A DNA stretch of 64,000 nt, taken from a virus. Its lineage: Duplodnaviria; Caudoviricetes. The notes beneath the pieces are model-generated. The model did no database searches. It worked only from the letters and a program-made list of their open reading frames with translations, and was not told the DNA's origin. Position numbers and translations under genes: made by a program. This document shows, in pieces, positions 55,701 to 64,000 of this stretch (position 1 is the stretch's first letter; each line of letters opens with the position of its first letter). The stretch covers positions 12,931 through 76,930 of the IMG/VR virus record IMGVR_UViG_3300029288_000145, one strand, 5' to 3'.

Positions 55701-56984
55701 AATGGGTGCTTCACCTGCCGGGAATAACCATCCTGCCGCCATACCTGTTCTTATGGCTCCACCAAGAATGTTTACTACACCATGCCATTTGTTATCCGGA
55801 TATTTGTTTAGTTCCTGAAGTTGTTTAGGGGACATGAACTGTTTGGCACCCTTAACACCCATTTGTGCTGTACCTTTTATTATTTGCTCAACTCCCTCAA
55901 CCATACCCTTTGACATTTGTGTAAATGGTATATAGTCATATAAATAATCGGGGAGGGTTTGGAGGGATTTTATATATTCGTATTTATTAATGTCGGCCTG
56001 AAGATCATTGTGTGTGTTTTGCCAGTAATCACGTTTGTCCATATTTGTCCAGGCATCTTCCACAATTCCTGCTTTAAAATCATATGCCCAGACCATATTA
56101 TTTGCCCTTTCTAGATTTGACATATAATTGGTCTTTGGGTCAAACCTTCGCTGCGTGGCTGGCTCGTATATGCTTATAAATTGACTAATAGCTTCATTTG
56201 CAGCATCACCATTTCCAACCTGTTTCTCAGCATAAGCGAGTTGTGGCAATAAGTCTGTTCGGCTAGTATCCTCCTGTAATAGTAATTTAAGGAATGTCGC
56301 CTGGCTACCATAATCTCCCTCATCTCCGGCCACACTGGCGGCTAGTTCGTTTGCTTTCGTGTTAAGTGGATTAACATTTAACACCTCATGTGTTAATGCC
56401 TTGGCAGTTGGTAGGTCTCCAATATTATAAGATTTCTGGGCATCACGAACCAATTCATCCTGAACCTCTGGTATAGTAATATAATCGTCCTCTGTTTTTT
56501 CTGTAACGGGTCTGGCCTCTGGAGGCACTTCTAGTATGCCCTGTTTGAATTTTTTATAATCTTCTCCAAATGTTGTTATTGGAGTTATTTTTTGTGATTT
56601 TATTTTATTTTTTGGCGGAACAGTTGGCGGAGCTAATGGCGGTACTGGGATGCCCTCTTTTACGGCCTCTTTTATGGCTGTTTCACCACTTAATGTAGAT
56701 TGGAGATCGCCAGCCGATTCTTCCTGCTTGCCGAAAACAATAGGCTCCCCACCTGTAACAGTTTTCCCAGATAAGTTCGTATCTTCTTTTTTTTTTAATG
56801 GCTTGGCATCTGGCATGGATTGTATGAAACTTGCCACTTCTGGCAATGGAATGTCATATGTGTCTTTTCCGGAAATATATGTTTCAACCTCTACAGCCTT
56901 TGGATTGTCTTTTAAGAAATCCGATACCTTATCGTTTGGTATGTCGTAAATATCTTTCCCTATTTTATATGTTTTATCAGGCAT
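49758..56984 (-). CDS. Very large internal virion (ejection) protein, 2408 aa
   Basis: Position after two pilot-type proteins; long charged coiled coils; C-terminal FLFMRTPLNV motif common in large internal virion proteins. Confidence 0.65.
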   Translation of the reverse strand: MPDKTYKIGKDIYDIPNDKVSDFLKDNPKAVEVETYISGKDTYDIPLPEVASFIQSMPDAKPLKKKEDTNLSGKTVTGGEPIVFGKQEESAGDLQSTLSGETAIKEAVKEGIPVPPLAPPTVPPKNKIKSQKITPITTFGEDYKKFKQGILEVPPEARPVTEKTEDDYITIPEVQDELVRDAQKSYNIGDLPTAKALTHEVLNVNPLNTKANELAASVAGDEGDYGSQATFLKLLLQEDTSRTDLLPQLAYAEKQVGNGDAANEAISQFISIYEPATQRRFDPKTNYMSNLERANNMVWAYDFKAGIVEDAWTNMDKRDYWQNTHNDLQADINKYEYIKSLQTLPDYLYDYIPFTQMSKGMVEGVEQIIKGTAQMGVKGAKQFMSPKQLQELNKYPDNKWHGVVNILGGAIRTGMAAGWLFPAGEAPIDIMLSGAGKFGKVLNVPLGFFNPGLQGFNATISIANMTPAAKYTEYLLAPVSKALEAGGVDLTTLTDPQREGLMLWDMVTFMTILHGARIGGDAIIDQTRTIVNKMSSREPLTNGELDFVRAAISEGTVADALSGAKLIGEFDPIAFAEKKITEFRKEIETTRPEDITEYDADPVAYVEKAIKETEKAMESPELKPEDKQSFQNGLNRLTETLNYIKEQESIKENNVEVDKKAETAQKELGLPTEPYISLKQSSIETLDKLEKDEPVINKRLGNLADDLHDQYWKLENLKKSNNRKYTIKQIESKQEKIGEYITQLEEIINGQLEAGKFVTDKKFNENIKEQDNAVQKQETGQVDVPKTPPDGEKMGERNAESEIIAGKGEGEKGGEEEINVEREKPEGENKGADVVEGEVGERAGGSEKEVEGAVEEVIKGTIEGAKEEPIVTPEQEKANQRKKHNDLVDLYKQYEKMDGRERKSSKAASLKNKIINITNELGYKYELGTKGFITVKTKDGKKLKSIGERPTTESIQQAPAFKDYEPEFQDFVKTISSDLEQLGGYMPRNNLSRSQIKQALRDIKAGKKSKAANDLLESLKKDFDEGEVEFNETGATGMMAVKVKYGIPEIIDRIKKVEKYAEETQNNVPDALSRWMDETDEPPYNGIDQIIKNLEKDETKFFDGVLFTKKDKVEALNYLKNEKEKHEKGRSEENLPGDVDAGKAEQIREGEVKSAEAEPVKPKPVKKTKEEKLKVADDKISGGFDDLAKAFGAKMDIEGGIKPDVIKAIKQIAEGMAEKFGIKGEELFDRVKEEIIKQLKISAEKAQELVESALGKVRKKRDEEPSTPGTRKYSVIKNMTEILSEKNPELAEHLKESGDEYLQRQKPFVTKEAKALIEAAREADGGIEMLDSQVKNTKNEIPPDTRNVVAGMLLSEYSNRINEAVKSGNKTEQLRNEKKYISLVSMLKEWNKESGQQIQANKWVYEQIRNQPQTIIGEVRGKMEKNNHEKIESQYTNEYIDELKSELTKLKDAIKGKEITIEELKRQLDELKVLPPRQRPPKPHIEFKKKEARKLAGEAMDDLATIFGARKTLMPEEEVTLVNALKKLGKAIYLETEALGEELIDLIKEKIAYKFGSGHDDFINTHKGEILSHIEELRTDKLKNLITKLDEKMSEMRPDKKAKFILDSINDWIEKDTFTDTEFKNKIAEALGYKSMTPEMEAKIRKLVDVINEGADAMDVLSKDPSNRKLLREFDNKIYKARKANEELSEFYKKDGKFGDWFVSMMQLKALTPVSLIQNPLANALDRFVFRTPIEALNAGSEFAIAGMGKLLGIKSWQKVVNDFPTAQKAYLKELSRQVDILWRQKFDMPLQQDFAARELTQKIHPLKSFYESFEKLPDGEKRSVLKRTRKFMEGLFGVDAAIVAKMLELGDLPFRNAAEASKAAGMGGAKGLKGESLDRFTLIDELKPLEEKELVDAGYFKEEDGKYYYKDHDGLWVPEKYEKALVKANESYGVRSKVESEEIKMYGKNEVYQEKMGLPGAIEKSVVNIVNYLGDKPVIGAALKVLARSQFLFMRTPLNVFKRFVMIGIPELNMLTFLYHASRGEKYKAINSLNTYLVGMTLQYVIGQLVQNDIVSGSIKEEDEAVKEMRYKFDRPYELNTSLLMRWIMGNSKGGAKDGDRRIAYNKTGIVGMVVGLNASKYKGMSAKEIKDMNELKFSVTEVFNKISSLASISLEQPFVQGTSNTLNALQDGDRYGTEWLNAMINTTTLPLVPNWLSTISRSKLEVLKETKDEDMWQTILNRQKIRLFSGKELAPKIDISGEQIPIAPEGRNDVLFNLFSIFKGRKVDTKHPYYRLYSLYKTTGDSELLPTSPSHTLVISGEKIKLSSKLYSEYSRMSNQAKLRLAAVDLNNIDDEEITHDELKEKLRDDYEQGQKWARMYFILKYATELKKINPNIKIDEETDFDKLEKQERKLEKEKETEMPQL

Positions 56985-58366
56985 TACCTCTTGTACTTAT
57001 TCCAGTTTGTATTTGTCGGAGTGGTTGTCGTTGTCGTTGTTCCATTTAGTTGGTTTGCGTAATTCTGTGCATTTCCTATCTGGACACTTAATTTATTTAA
57101 TTTCTTCTGTGGAGATGATTGCTGCTTGGCATTTTTCATAAGCCAGTCAATAGTATTGTTGTCTAGTGGCTCAATGGATGTATATTGGTCTGTACCCACA
57201 AAGTAATTACCTTTTAACATAACCCTGTATTCAACATCTCCGGGTTCATAAGCATCTTCATTACCAGACAGTACCATAGTGTTTGCCGCAACCCATTCAC
57301 CATTTTTCTTTTTTGTTTTCTTTTTTGTAAACATCATTACGGCGACATTGGCTGGCTTATATACCATTTCCTGTGTTTTTGTAGATGGTTTTTCGCTTTC
57401 ATTTGTCCATACAGTGAAAGAACCAGGATTCCTTAATCCCTCCTTCCCATATATTGAACCTACCTCAAAGTCGTATGATTTATACGGATATTCAGTTTTA
57501 TTATTTTTATATTTGAAGTAGTTTATTCTTTCGTTTGGCGTCTGGTTTAATTCGCTCTCATCAACCTCACCACTTCCAGTTCCACCGTCACCACTTATTT
57601 TCTTACTACTTTTTTTACCCTGTTTAGCAAAGGTATATAGGTTTTTCTGAAAATCTTCAAGCGTGGTTGTTTGTCTTAATTGTTTCCCTGTAGCTGTTTG
57701 GGCGTTGTATAAAAGTTCACCTAGTTTATAATACTCTTCCCTGGGTCTGGTTTCTGTACCCTCGACCAAAAATTCCTTACCACCTACATTCATCTGGCCA
57801 CCCGTAAATGATGTCGGGTCTAATCCGGAGGATATGTCTTTGGCGTATTTTACCGGGTCGAATTTTATTGTTGATTTGGGGTCGAACATGAATTTTGGCC
57901 TTTCCTCTATCGGCATGCCGGCAAATTCATTGAGCTGGCCGATAAGATCATCTTTGTCAAGCAATCCCTCTTTGTCTCCGTACATCATTTCAATAGCCTT
58001 GCCGTACATAGACTTCTGCTGAACACTCATGTTGGCAAGGTCAACTAATCCGTCAACTTCTTCACGAACTATTCTCCAGGCCGCTTGGGGAACTTTTGAA
58101 TAGCCACCATACTTATTGATGGTTTCCAAGTATATTTTTTCAACTTCCTGTCGCTTTGACTGTATCCTGTTGGCGTCTTTGTCCCAGAAATCCTTGGTTA
58201 GTTTGTTCAGGTTGTATAAGTCCTCTTCGGTCTTGGCCTGACTTTCCTTTTCCTCTTTTTCTTTTCTCAGCAGTTCGGATACCTTCATCTGTCCCATTTG
58301 GGATATTTCCTGTGAGGGGTCATACGGTTTTAATATGGGTGCTGCTTTGCCTAAAGGGTCTCTCAT
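56984..58366 (-). CDS. Internal virion/ejection protein candidate
   Basis: Middle gene of the three-gene block downstream of the tail nozzle. Confidence 0.55.
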   Translation of the reverse strand: MRDPLGKAAPILKPYDPSQEISQMGQMKVSELLRKEKEEKESQAKTEEDLYNLNKLTKDFWDKDANRIQSKRQEVEKIYLETINKYGGYSKVPQAAWRIVREEVDGLVDLANMSVQQKSMYGKAIEMMYGDKEGLLDKDDLIGQLNEFAGMPIEERPKFMFDPKSTIKFDPVKYAKDISSGLDPTSFTGGQMNVGGKEFLVEGTETRPREEYYKLGELLYNAQTATGKQLRQTTTLEDFQKNLYTFAKQGKKSSKKISGDGGTGSGEVDESELNQTPNERINYFKYKNNKTEYPYKSYDFEVGSIYGKEGLRNPGSFTVWTNESEKPSTKTQEMVYKPANVAVMMFTKKKTKKKNGEWVAANTMVLSGNEDAYEPGDVEYRVMLKGNYFVGTDQYTSIEPLDNNTIDWLMKNAKQQSSPQKKLNKLSVQIGNAQNYANQLNGTTTTTTTPTNTNWNKYKR

Positions 58367-59178
58367 TATCGTAAATAATCTGGCATTATTGATTTAAGTA
58401 AGAAATCGTAATAGTCGCTATATCCATTTCCATTACCCATATAAGATGATAAAGATAGTCCGGGTGATTTTGTAAATTCAGAAAGAGGTGGTGTAGGATT
58501 TACTTCAGGCATCCAACCCTTAACTCCTTCTAATCCCATAACTGGAGGTTCTGTTTTTTTATAAACAGGAGGTGGTGTGGTGGGTGTTGTTGGTGGTGTG
58601 GCTTGTATATTTTGACCTTCTAGCATTTTCATATAATCTCCCCACATCTTTTCCTGTGTATAAGATGATGCAGCAACATTTACCGCCGACATGATATTTT
58701 GGGTACCGGCAGATTCGAGTTCCCTGGCTGTTTGTTGTGATTGTAGATATGGCATGTATTTATCGTATTGCCATTCCTTTTCTTTTTCGGCAGACATAAC
58801 ACCAAGTTCGTTTCTCAGCATTGACTGATTTTTATTGTAATTTTCGGCAGCAGCAATGCCTACATCTGCCATAGTATCTCGTTCTCCCTTAATAAGCCTG
58901 GTTAGTCCCTCAATTATTTGCCCACCAGATTGTCCCATTTGTTTGAGATTGAATAACCCGGCGGCGGTGGCTTCTTTTATTTTATCTTCAATTAGGCTTT
59001 GACCAGGCAAGTTTCTTTCACCAGCCATTCTCTCTGCATTGGCGAGCCTCCTTTGCGATTCAGCACTTATCTTATAGTCTGGCTTTTCGGAATCAGAATA
59101 TTTCTTTGATTGAGAGAGTTGACTTATGCCCCCAATTGCTGATATTAGTGCCGGTAATAATGCTACAATGCCTACCAT
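58366..59178 (-). CDS. DNA pilot/ejection protein candidate
   Basis: Hydrophobic Gly/Ala-rich N-terminus (ALLPALISAIGGISQ) followed by a helical region. Confidence 0.65.
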   Translation of the reverse strand: MVGIVALLPALISAIGGISQLSQSKKYSDSEKPDYKISAESQRRLANAERMAGERNLPGQSLIEDKIKEATAAGLFNLKQMGQSGGQIIEGLTRLIKGERDTMADVGIAAAENYNKNQSMLRNELGVMSAEKEKEWQYDKYMPYLQSQQTARELESAGTQNIMSAVNVAASSYTQEKMWGDYMKMLEGQNIQATPPTTPTTPPPVYKKTEPPVMGLEGVKGWMPEVNPTPPLSEFTKSPGLSLSSYMGNGNGYSDYYDFLLKSIMPDYLR

Positions 59179-59185
59179 GATGCTA

Positions 59186-59217
59186 CGAAATTACGATATT
59201 TTTTAAAGGTTTCCAAA
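59186..59217 (-). promoter_or_regulatory. Variant sigma-A type promoter for the ejection block
   Basis: TTTG, N20, TAATTTCG. Confidence 0.45.
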
Positions 59218-62200
59218 CTATTGTCCCGCTGGACTCAATTCGCTTTTAATTATTATTAAACTTGTTGTTACTCTGTCTGTTTCTTCATTTTCCAATATTA
59301 TGTCAATATACTCACCCCTCATATACCTACCGTTGAGCAATACCCATGCTTCCGGCCTTGCCGCCTTTAATGGAGTATGGGTATCCCTGGGAAATTCAGC
59401 AAATATTCCTCCCTCTTTTGTTTTAAACCACTGGGGAAGTATATATGTACTCATTCCATTAGGATATTCTTCACTCGGAGGAATAATAGCACTTGCAACA
59501 CGCCAGTTTTTGCCGGATGTTGCCGGATTATATTTGTTATTGCTCGTCCTTAGTTCAATAGAGCCATAAATACACATTCTCCGTATTCCCTTATTACCGG
59601 TTACGCCGATTTTTTGCTTGTACTGAACTCCATAAAAATTGTTGTGAACGGCATTGGTGTCGTGTTTCCACATTGTACCATTTTTGTAACTAACAAATGT
59701 GTTACCAAGTCGGCCATACATTTCTGGCACATATGGCTGTTGAGATTTCCACCTGTTACTTGGTTCGTGGAATACATATGTTAATGGGGTAAATTCACTG
59801 ACCGGGGAATCATCAACAAATGTAACGTTTAGTTCTTCATATTTATCGTTATAATTTATGTAACATTTGGGAAGCGATATTGATTTCATGCTATCGGCTA
59901 TTTCCCTAAATTCTGTTTTCATAAAATAATCGCTTACTGGCAACATACCATTTGGCGTGTCCCTAATAATCTGTCCATAGTCCCCGTCCCAGAAATACAG
60001 ATACCTATTATTTACACATACGCTTTCTGGGAATTTTGTTCCCCACCTTTCCTCAGATATGTTTTTAGTACCAATTAAATCCTCTGTGGTTATTATAAGA
60101 TCATTTCCACCTATCATTGATGATTTCATTGTTGATCTAGATATATAAAACGATGTGTTCTTATTTACCTGTAACACCTTTAACGTATATCCAATCTGGC
60201 GTATGCCTGTTATGGCTCCATATTTTTCCTCTAGTACTATTGATGTGAGGTCTGAAAATGTATTTAAACCGTTTATTTTTGTGTCCTGAAGGTAGGGACT
60301 GCTTATTATCAATTTACTACTTTTCCTTTCACGACTATAATCCGGTATTGTCGTATTTACCTTTCCAAGGCCATATTTATTAGATGGATAAAAATCACTG
60401 TAATTACTGGACTCTACTGGTATGTATGTTGATCTTGTGTATGTACCATCTGTTAATGTTGTATATCTTATTTTTAAATACGCATTTTCGGGAAGAAAAC
60501 CGGTAGCGGGTACTATCGTGCCGGATATTGTCTGATCTTGTCCTATAGGATATGATGTGTCTGGGGCTAATGATGTTGTTGTTGGATCGCCACTATCTCC
60601 CCCAGCATGCCTCCTTTTGCTTGAACCCGCATCAATTATCTCTATCGGGTCTCCTATTTCATAAAAAATATCCTGACCTTCCTGAGACACTTTTATTGGC
60701 GTATATATTTCCACAAGGCCAAACTCCCAGGAGGCATAACCGTTAAAATTGTTTATTAGTATTTCTGCGGGCGTTGATGTATCCATACCAACAATTTCAG
60801 CATCAACAACTTTTTCTTGTAAATCAAATTCGTGCGTGGTGGGGTTTTGTTTTGCAATAAACCTTATCCTGTCCCCTCTGGTAAATGTATATTGATCTAA
60901 TATGGTATTTTCAAAATTATCTTCAAGATTTTTTAATACAGAGTTGATCTCCAGTTTTAACTGGTTTGCTCCGTGCGTTGTCAAAGACTTGACTATAAAT
61001 GAAAAATAAGTAGGGGAGTTATCCTGTACTACCCATTGATAGGTGTTAGCCCATAATGGCGGTTGATGGTATATGTGGTAATATATATGTGATGAGTATT
61101 CCGGTGTTATTGAAACAAGTCCGTGTTGGTCTTTCACCGGCAAATAATTGGCGTCTATATGGGGAAGAATAAATATTGAAGTGTTGTAGGTTCCTGAGTT
61201 TTTAACATTCACAGCACCACATCTTCCATATTCATCTTTATATACAAGACCGTAATTATGATACATATTGGACTTTGCTGTTTTTATTATCTCGTTTTGT
61301 GATTTTGCATACACACAAGTAATACCATCTGTAAATTCTATAGATCGTTCAAATGGTTCCCATCCTGGATATACCTTTATTCCCCCAATGGTATAATATT
61401 TTTCTTTTTTCCTATAGGTTTCTATATATAAATGATTTCTAATATCATAAATACTTCCTGAAGAAGCCGATAAACTCCCCAAGAAAACATGCTTGTTATC
61501 ACTAATATATCCAGATGGAGTAATTATATTTGTATCAAGCGGGTTCACTCCGGTAGTCAGTGTTGTAAATACTCCTTTGGCCAAAAGAATTACATCTTTA
61601 GATTCCGCCAGTGTTACATTATGAGTAAATACTTTTGGAAGTGCACCACCTGGCATTTTACAGGTGATTGTTATTATAGCACCATCCAGTATATTAGAGG
61701 GAAATGATATTCTGTCATACCAGACCTTGTATGAATCTGGGTCGCCGGCATAAGCATAAAACCAATAATTAGAGGCATCGTTTTTTATTACATTTATATT
61801 CGTCAAAAGAACCGCCAGTGCCTCTTGTTTGTTTACATATCCTATATTTACCTGTATATCTACATTATCCTGGCCTTCTTCAATATCCCCATGCACCATA
61901 TGACTGCCATCTATCAATTCCATTTGTCCAACAGTATAACCCACTGGGTCATATAACCTTTCTACTTCTATATTATATACATTTGTTTTTACTTTATTAT
62001 TTAAAAACCAATAAGCATAAGAGTCATTATCATCAAGCAGTCTGGTTCCACTATTATCATATTTGTTTATAATGTCTATCAAGCACCAGTTGCCATCATT
62101 TATTTTGCAGACCAACTCCAAACTGATCACGGTTTCTATACCGGTATTCATTATAACAGAAATACAGTTATCTTGGTTTATTATTTCCGGCACACTGCCA

Positions 62201-63000
62201 ATAATATCTTCATTAGCGGTTGGGAGGGGTATAAGCGAATGAGATGAATACCTGCTATACTCGTTGTCATAATATTTATACCTGTATGCAAACTGATATT
62301 GATGTCCACGTAAATTATTATAGTCCACCCTATTCCCAACATTATCAATATATATATTTGTATAATAACACTGAGGCGTTGATGGTTGTTTCTTTATATG
62401 AGATATGTCTGCATCAGTCAATAGTGTATATGCTGGAGAAACATATGTAAAATTACCGATTCGTATTCTTTCTATATTGATACAAAAGTTTACCGATTTT
62501 TCAATATTTATTGTTCTTGGTGGATTATAACCATCAGTCCAATATAAAAGACCATTTATTATTGCCGGATTTATTATCTTATGGGTAAGATCGAAATTTA
62601 AGTTGTATTGTATATCATATATTTCCAGAGTTCCGGGGATAGGAATATAATTATAATCTAATAATACAGGCTGAACTACATTTGTATTTATGTTATACCT
62701 CCATATACCGCCAGTATAGGCAACAACAATATCGTCTGGTGGGTCATTTGCTATAAAAAAATATATTTGACTGTTTTCTGGGTCGGCAACCGTTCCTATA
62801 CACTTGTTTGTTCCGGCAGCAAGGGTAAATGCCACCTGGACATTGCCCTCAATATTTTCTATGATGCCTGTGTTGTCGGCAGATGATACCCCACTACGGC
62901 AACATAACCGATACCGACTATGACCCATTGGCAGAAATCTTGAATCAGTGTCAGAGTCAAGTCCGTCTTTGTCAATGAATATTTTGCCATCAGTTATCAT
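59218..63000 (-). CDS. Tail nozzle/stabilisation protein (P22 gp10/T7 gp12-like, crAss-type)
   Basis: 1260 aa beta-propeller character: GLDSDTD start, LLYWTDGYNPPRTINI, YQFAYRYKY.DNEYS, YLYFWDG. Confidence 0.75.
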   Translation of the reverse strand: MITDGKIFIDKDGLDSDTDSRFLPMGHSRYRLCCRSGVSSADNTGIIENIEGNVQVAFTLAAGTNKCIGTVADPENSQIYFFIANDPPDDIVVAYTGGIWRYNINTNVVQPVLLDYNYIPIPGTLEIYDIQYNLNFDLTHKIINPAIINGLLYWTDGYNPPRTINIEKSVNFCINIERIRIGNFTYVSPAYTLLTDADISHIKKQPSTPQCYYTNIYIDNVGNRVDYNNLRGHQYQFAYRYKYYDNEYSRYSSHSLIPLPTANEDIIGSVPEIINQDNCISVIMNTGIETVISLELVCKINDGNWCLIDIINKYDNSGTRLLDDNDSYAYWFLNNKVKTNVYNIEVERLYDPVGYTVGQMELIDGSHMVHGDIEEGQDNVDIQVNIGYVNKQEALAVLLTNINVIKNDASNYWFYAYAGDPDSYKVWYDRISFPSNILDGAIITITCKMPGGALPKVFTHNVTLAESKDVILLAKGVFTTLTTGVNPLDTNIITPSGYISDNKHVFLGSLSASSGSIYDIRNHLYIETYRKKEKYYTIGGIKVYPGWEPFERSIEFTDGITCVYAKSQNEIIKTAKSNMYHNYGLVYKDEYGRCGAVNVKNSGTYNTSIFILPHIDANYLPVKDQHGLVSITPEYSSHIYYHIYHQPPLWANTYQWVVQDNSPTYFSFIVKSLTTHGANQLKLEINSVLKNLEDNFENTILDQYTFTRGDRIRFIAKQNPTTHEFDLQEKVVDAEIVGMDTSTPAEILINNFNGYASWEFGLVEIYTPIKVSQEGQDIFYEIGDPIEIIDAGSSKRRHAGGDSGDPTTTSLAPDTSYPIGQDQTISGTIVPATGFLPENAYLKIRYTTLTDGTYTRSTYIPVESSNYSDFYPSNKYGLGKVNTTIPDYSRERKSSKLIISSPYLQDTKINGLNTFSDLTSIVLEEKYGAITGIRQIGYTLKVLQVNKNTSFYISRSTMKSSMIGGNDLIITTEDLIGTKNISEERWGTKFPESVCVNNRYLYFWDGDYGQIIRDTPNGMLPVSDYFMKTEFREIADSMKSISLPKCYINYNDKYEELNVTFVDDSPVSEFTPLTYVFHEPSNRWKSQQPYVPEMYGRLGNTFVSYKNGTMWKHDTNAVHNNFYGVQYKQKIGVTGNKGIRRMCIYGSIELRTSNNKYNPATSGKNWRVASAIIPPSEEYPNGMSTYILPQWFKTKEGGIFAEFPRDTHTPLKAARPEAWVLLNGRYMRGEYIDIILENEETDRVTTSLIIIKSELSPAGQ

Positions 63001-63788
63001 CTTTTCATGCCCTGTTTTTGAGACCGATAACCTGCATCTCGCAACTGGTCAAGTGTTAGTTTGTATTCTATGGAATCAAGTTCGGCGAGTTCGGTGCCGT
63101 ATAAATTTTTAAATTCCAGAACCTTATTAAACGGCGTGCCGGGGTCGTCAATAGATGTCCTCCATCTTAACCAGGCAATGAGTACTTCCTTGGCCTGTAG
63201 TGGAATAACCGTCTGTGTGGTTAGTGATACGCCACTGCTGATATATTCCAGTCGTATATTTACGTGTCCTACCGGCATTTCCCCTTCCAGGATTATTCTC
63301 CTGTATTCATCGTCTATACGGAAGAACATATCCGCCCAGCCGCCACTTAGTCCGTATATGGCCGGGGTGTAGGTGCCGCTGGTATAGAATGGCAGATACA
63401 ACACCGGTGATGTCGTGCTGGTCGTTATGACATTGGTGTTTATGTTTGCCACATCCCTGTCCTCAACTCCACAATCCTCACCTCTTGGTAAGATTAAATT
63501 TGGATTGTGTGATATGGGATACAACCGTCCATCATAGTCAAGTCCCAGGCGAACCCAGTCAATATAGTCGTCAGGCAGGTCGGTTGTGTATAGTTCGGTA
63601 TTTACTTCCAGGTCGGCAACTTCTACTCTGTGCAGGTTTCGGATATTGAGCTTTGTTATGCCACGTATGACTATCTGTGAGAGACGCATGAAGTCTTTCA
63701 TGGTATAGTTGCCTGTTTCATTTATGTAGTCATAAACTATTTCGGCAATGTTGGTATAACCGCTTAATTTTTTGTCTGCATTACTCAT
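62997..63788 (-). CDS. Tail ring/tubular adaptor protein
   Basis: LPDDYIDWVRLG...RIDDEYRRIIL...RLEYISSG; upstream of the nozzle. Confidence 0.7.
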   Translation of the reverse strand: MSNADKKLSGYTNIAEIVYDYINETGNYTMKDFMRLSQIVIRGITKLNIRNLHRVEVADLEVNTELYTTDLPDDYIDWVRLGLDYDGRLYPISHNPNLILPRGEDCGVEDRDVANINTNVITTSTTSPVLYLPFYTSGTYTPAIYGLSGGWADMFFRIDDEYRRIILEGEMPVGHVNIRLEYISSGVSLTTQTVIPLQAKEVLIAWLRWRTSIDDPGTPFNKVLEFKNLYGTELAELDSIEYKLTLDQLRDAGYRSQKQGMKR

Positions 63789-64000
63789 TTCTTGGGCGTT
63801 TGGGCATCAGCCAGTTTTAGGTTGTCGGCAATAACATCAGCCGGGGTGACCTGTGTAGGTCGGAATTTTTCATATACCATGTCAATAACAGATGCCTCGG
63901 CTAGTGATGGCATACTTACTTCGTCAAGGTCATCATACTCATTAAATTCCGGCATGAGCACCATAACCACCTGTTTTGTAGATGTGTTTATGTTGTCGTA
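63785..64000 (-). CDS. Tail ring/adaptor protein, 5'-truncated by the window edge
   Basis: Frame stays open past position 64000; ends PADVIADN-type motif. Confidence 0.55.
   Translation of the reverse strand, partial: YDNINTSTKQVVMVLMPEFNEYDDLDEVSMPSLAEASVIDMVYEKFRPTQVTPADVIADNLKLADAQTPKK

Noticed and set aside
56787-56796. Poly-A10 (minus strand) near the start of the 2408-aa gene as a phase-variation switch
   Set aside because: It encodes KKK in frame; runs of 8-10 A/T occur elsewhere in this AT-rich genome, and a frameshift would destroy a probably essential protein.
1-64000. Stop-codon reassignment as seen in some crAss-like phages
   Set aside because: Code 11 gives long intact ORFs at high density, and TAA, TAG and TGA all end genes at sensible boundaries.

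Overview
A 64-kb segment of a tailed dsDNA phage genome. The host is probably a Bacteroidota species, since about 14 TTTG-N19-21-TAnnTTTG promoters are visible. The virion module looks podovirus-like and reminiscent of crAss-like phages: portal, intein-split large terminase, major capsid, scaffold, tandem GroES, tail ring and nozzle proteins, and three ejection proteins. Replication looks lambdoid: an initiator gene with internal 11-bp iterons followed by a primase-helicase. The window also has several small-gene accessory islands, a CHAP lysin, holin/spanin candidates, a small serine recombinase and one CAT-anticodon tRNA. Two systems stand out. (1) Two accessory genes have the anatomy of integron-like cassettes, each with an attC-like hairpin and complementary core sites, and both sit in the same conserved target site, which has a third core-less copy in the 12.7-13.6 kb non-coding hub. 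(2) Three virion-region proteins carry about 1,500 residues of Ser-X-Ser repeats and flank a cluster of five glycosyltransferases, two methyltransferases and a radical SAM enzyme, suggesting a phage-encoded analogue of serine-rich-repeat glycoprotein systems. All product calls come from motif recognition by eye; no database search was run.
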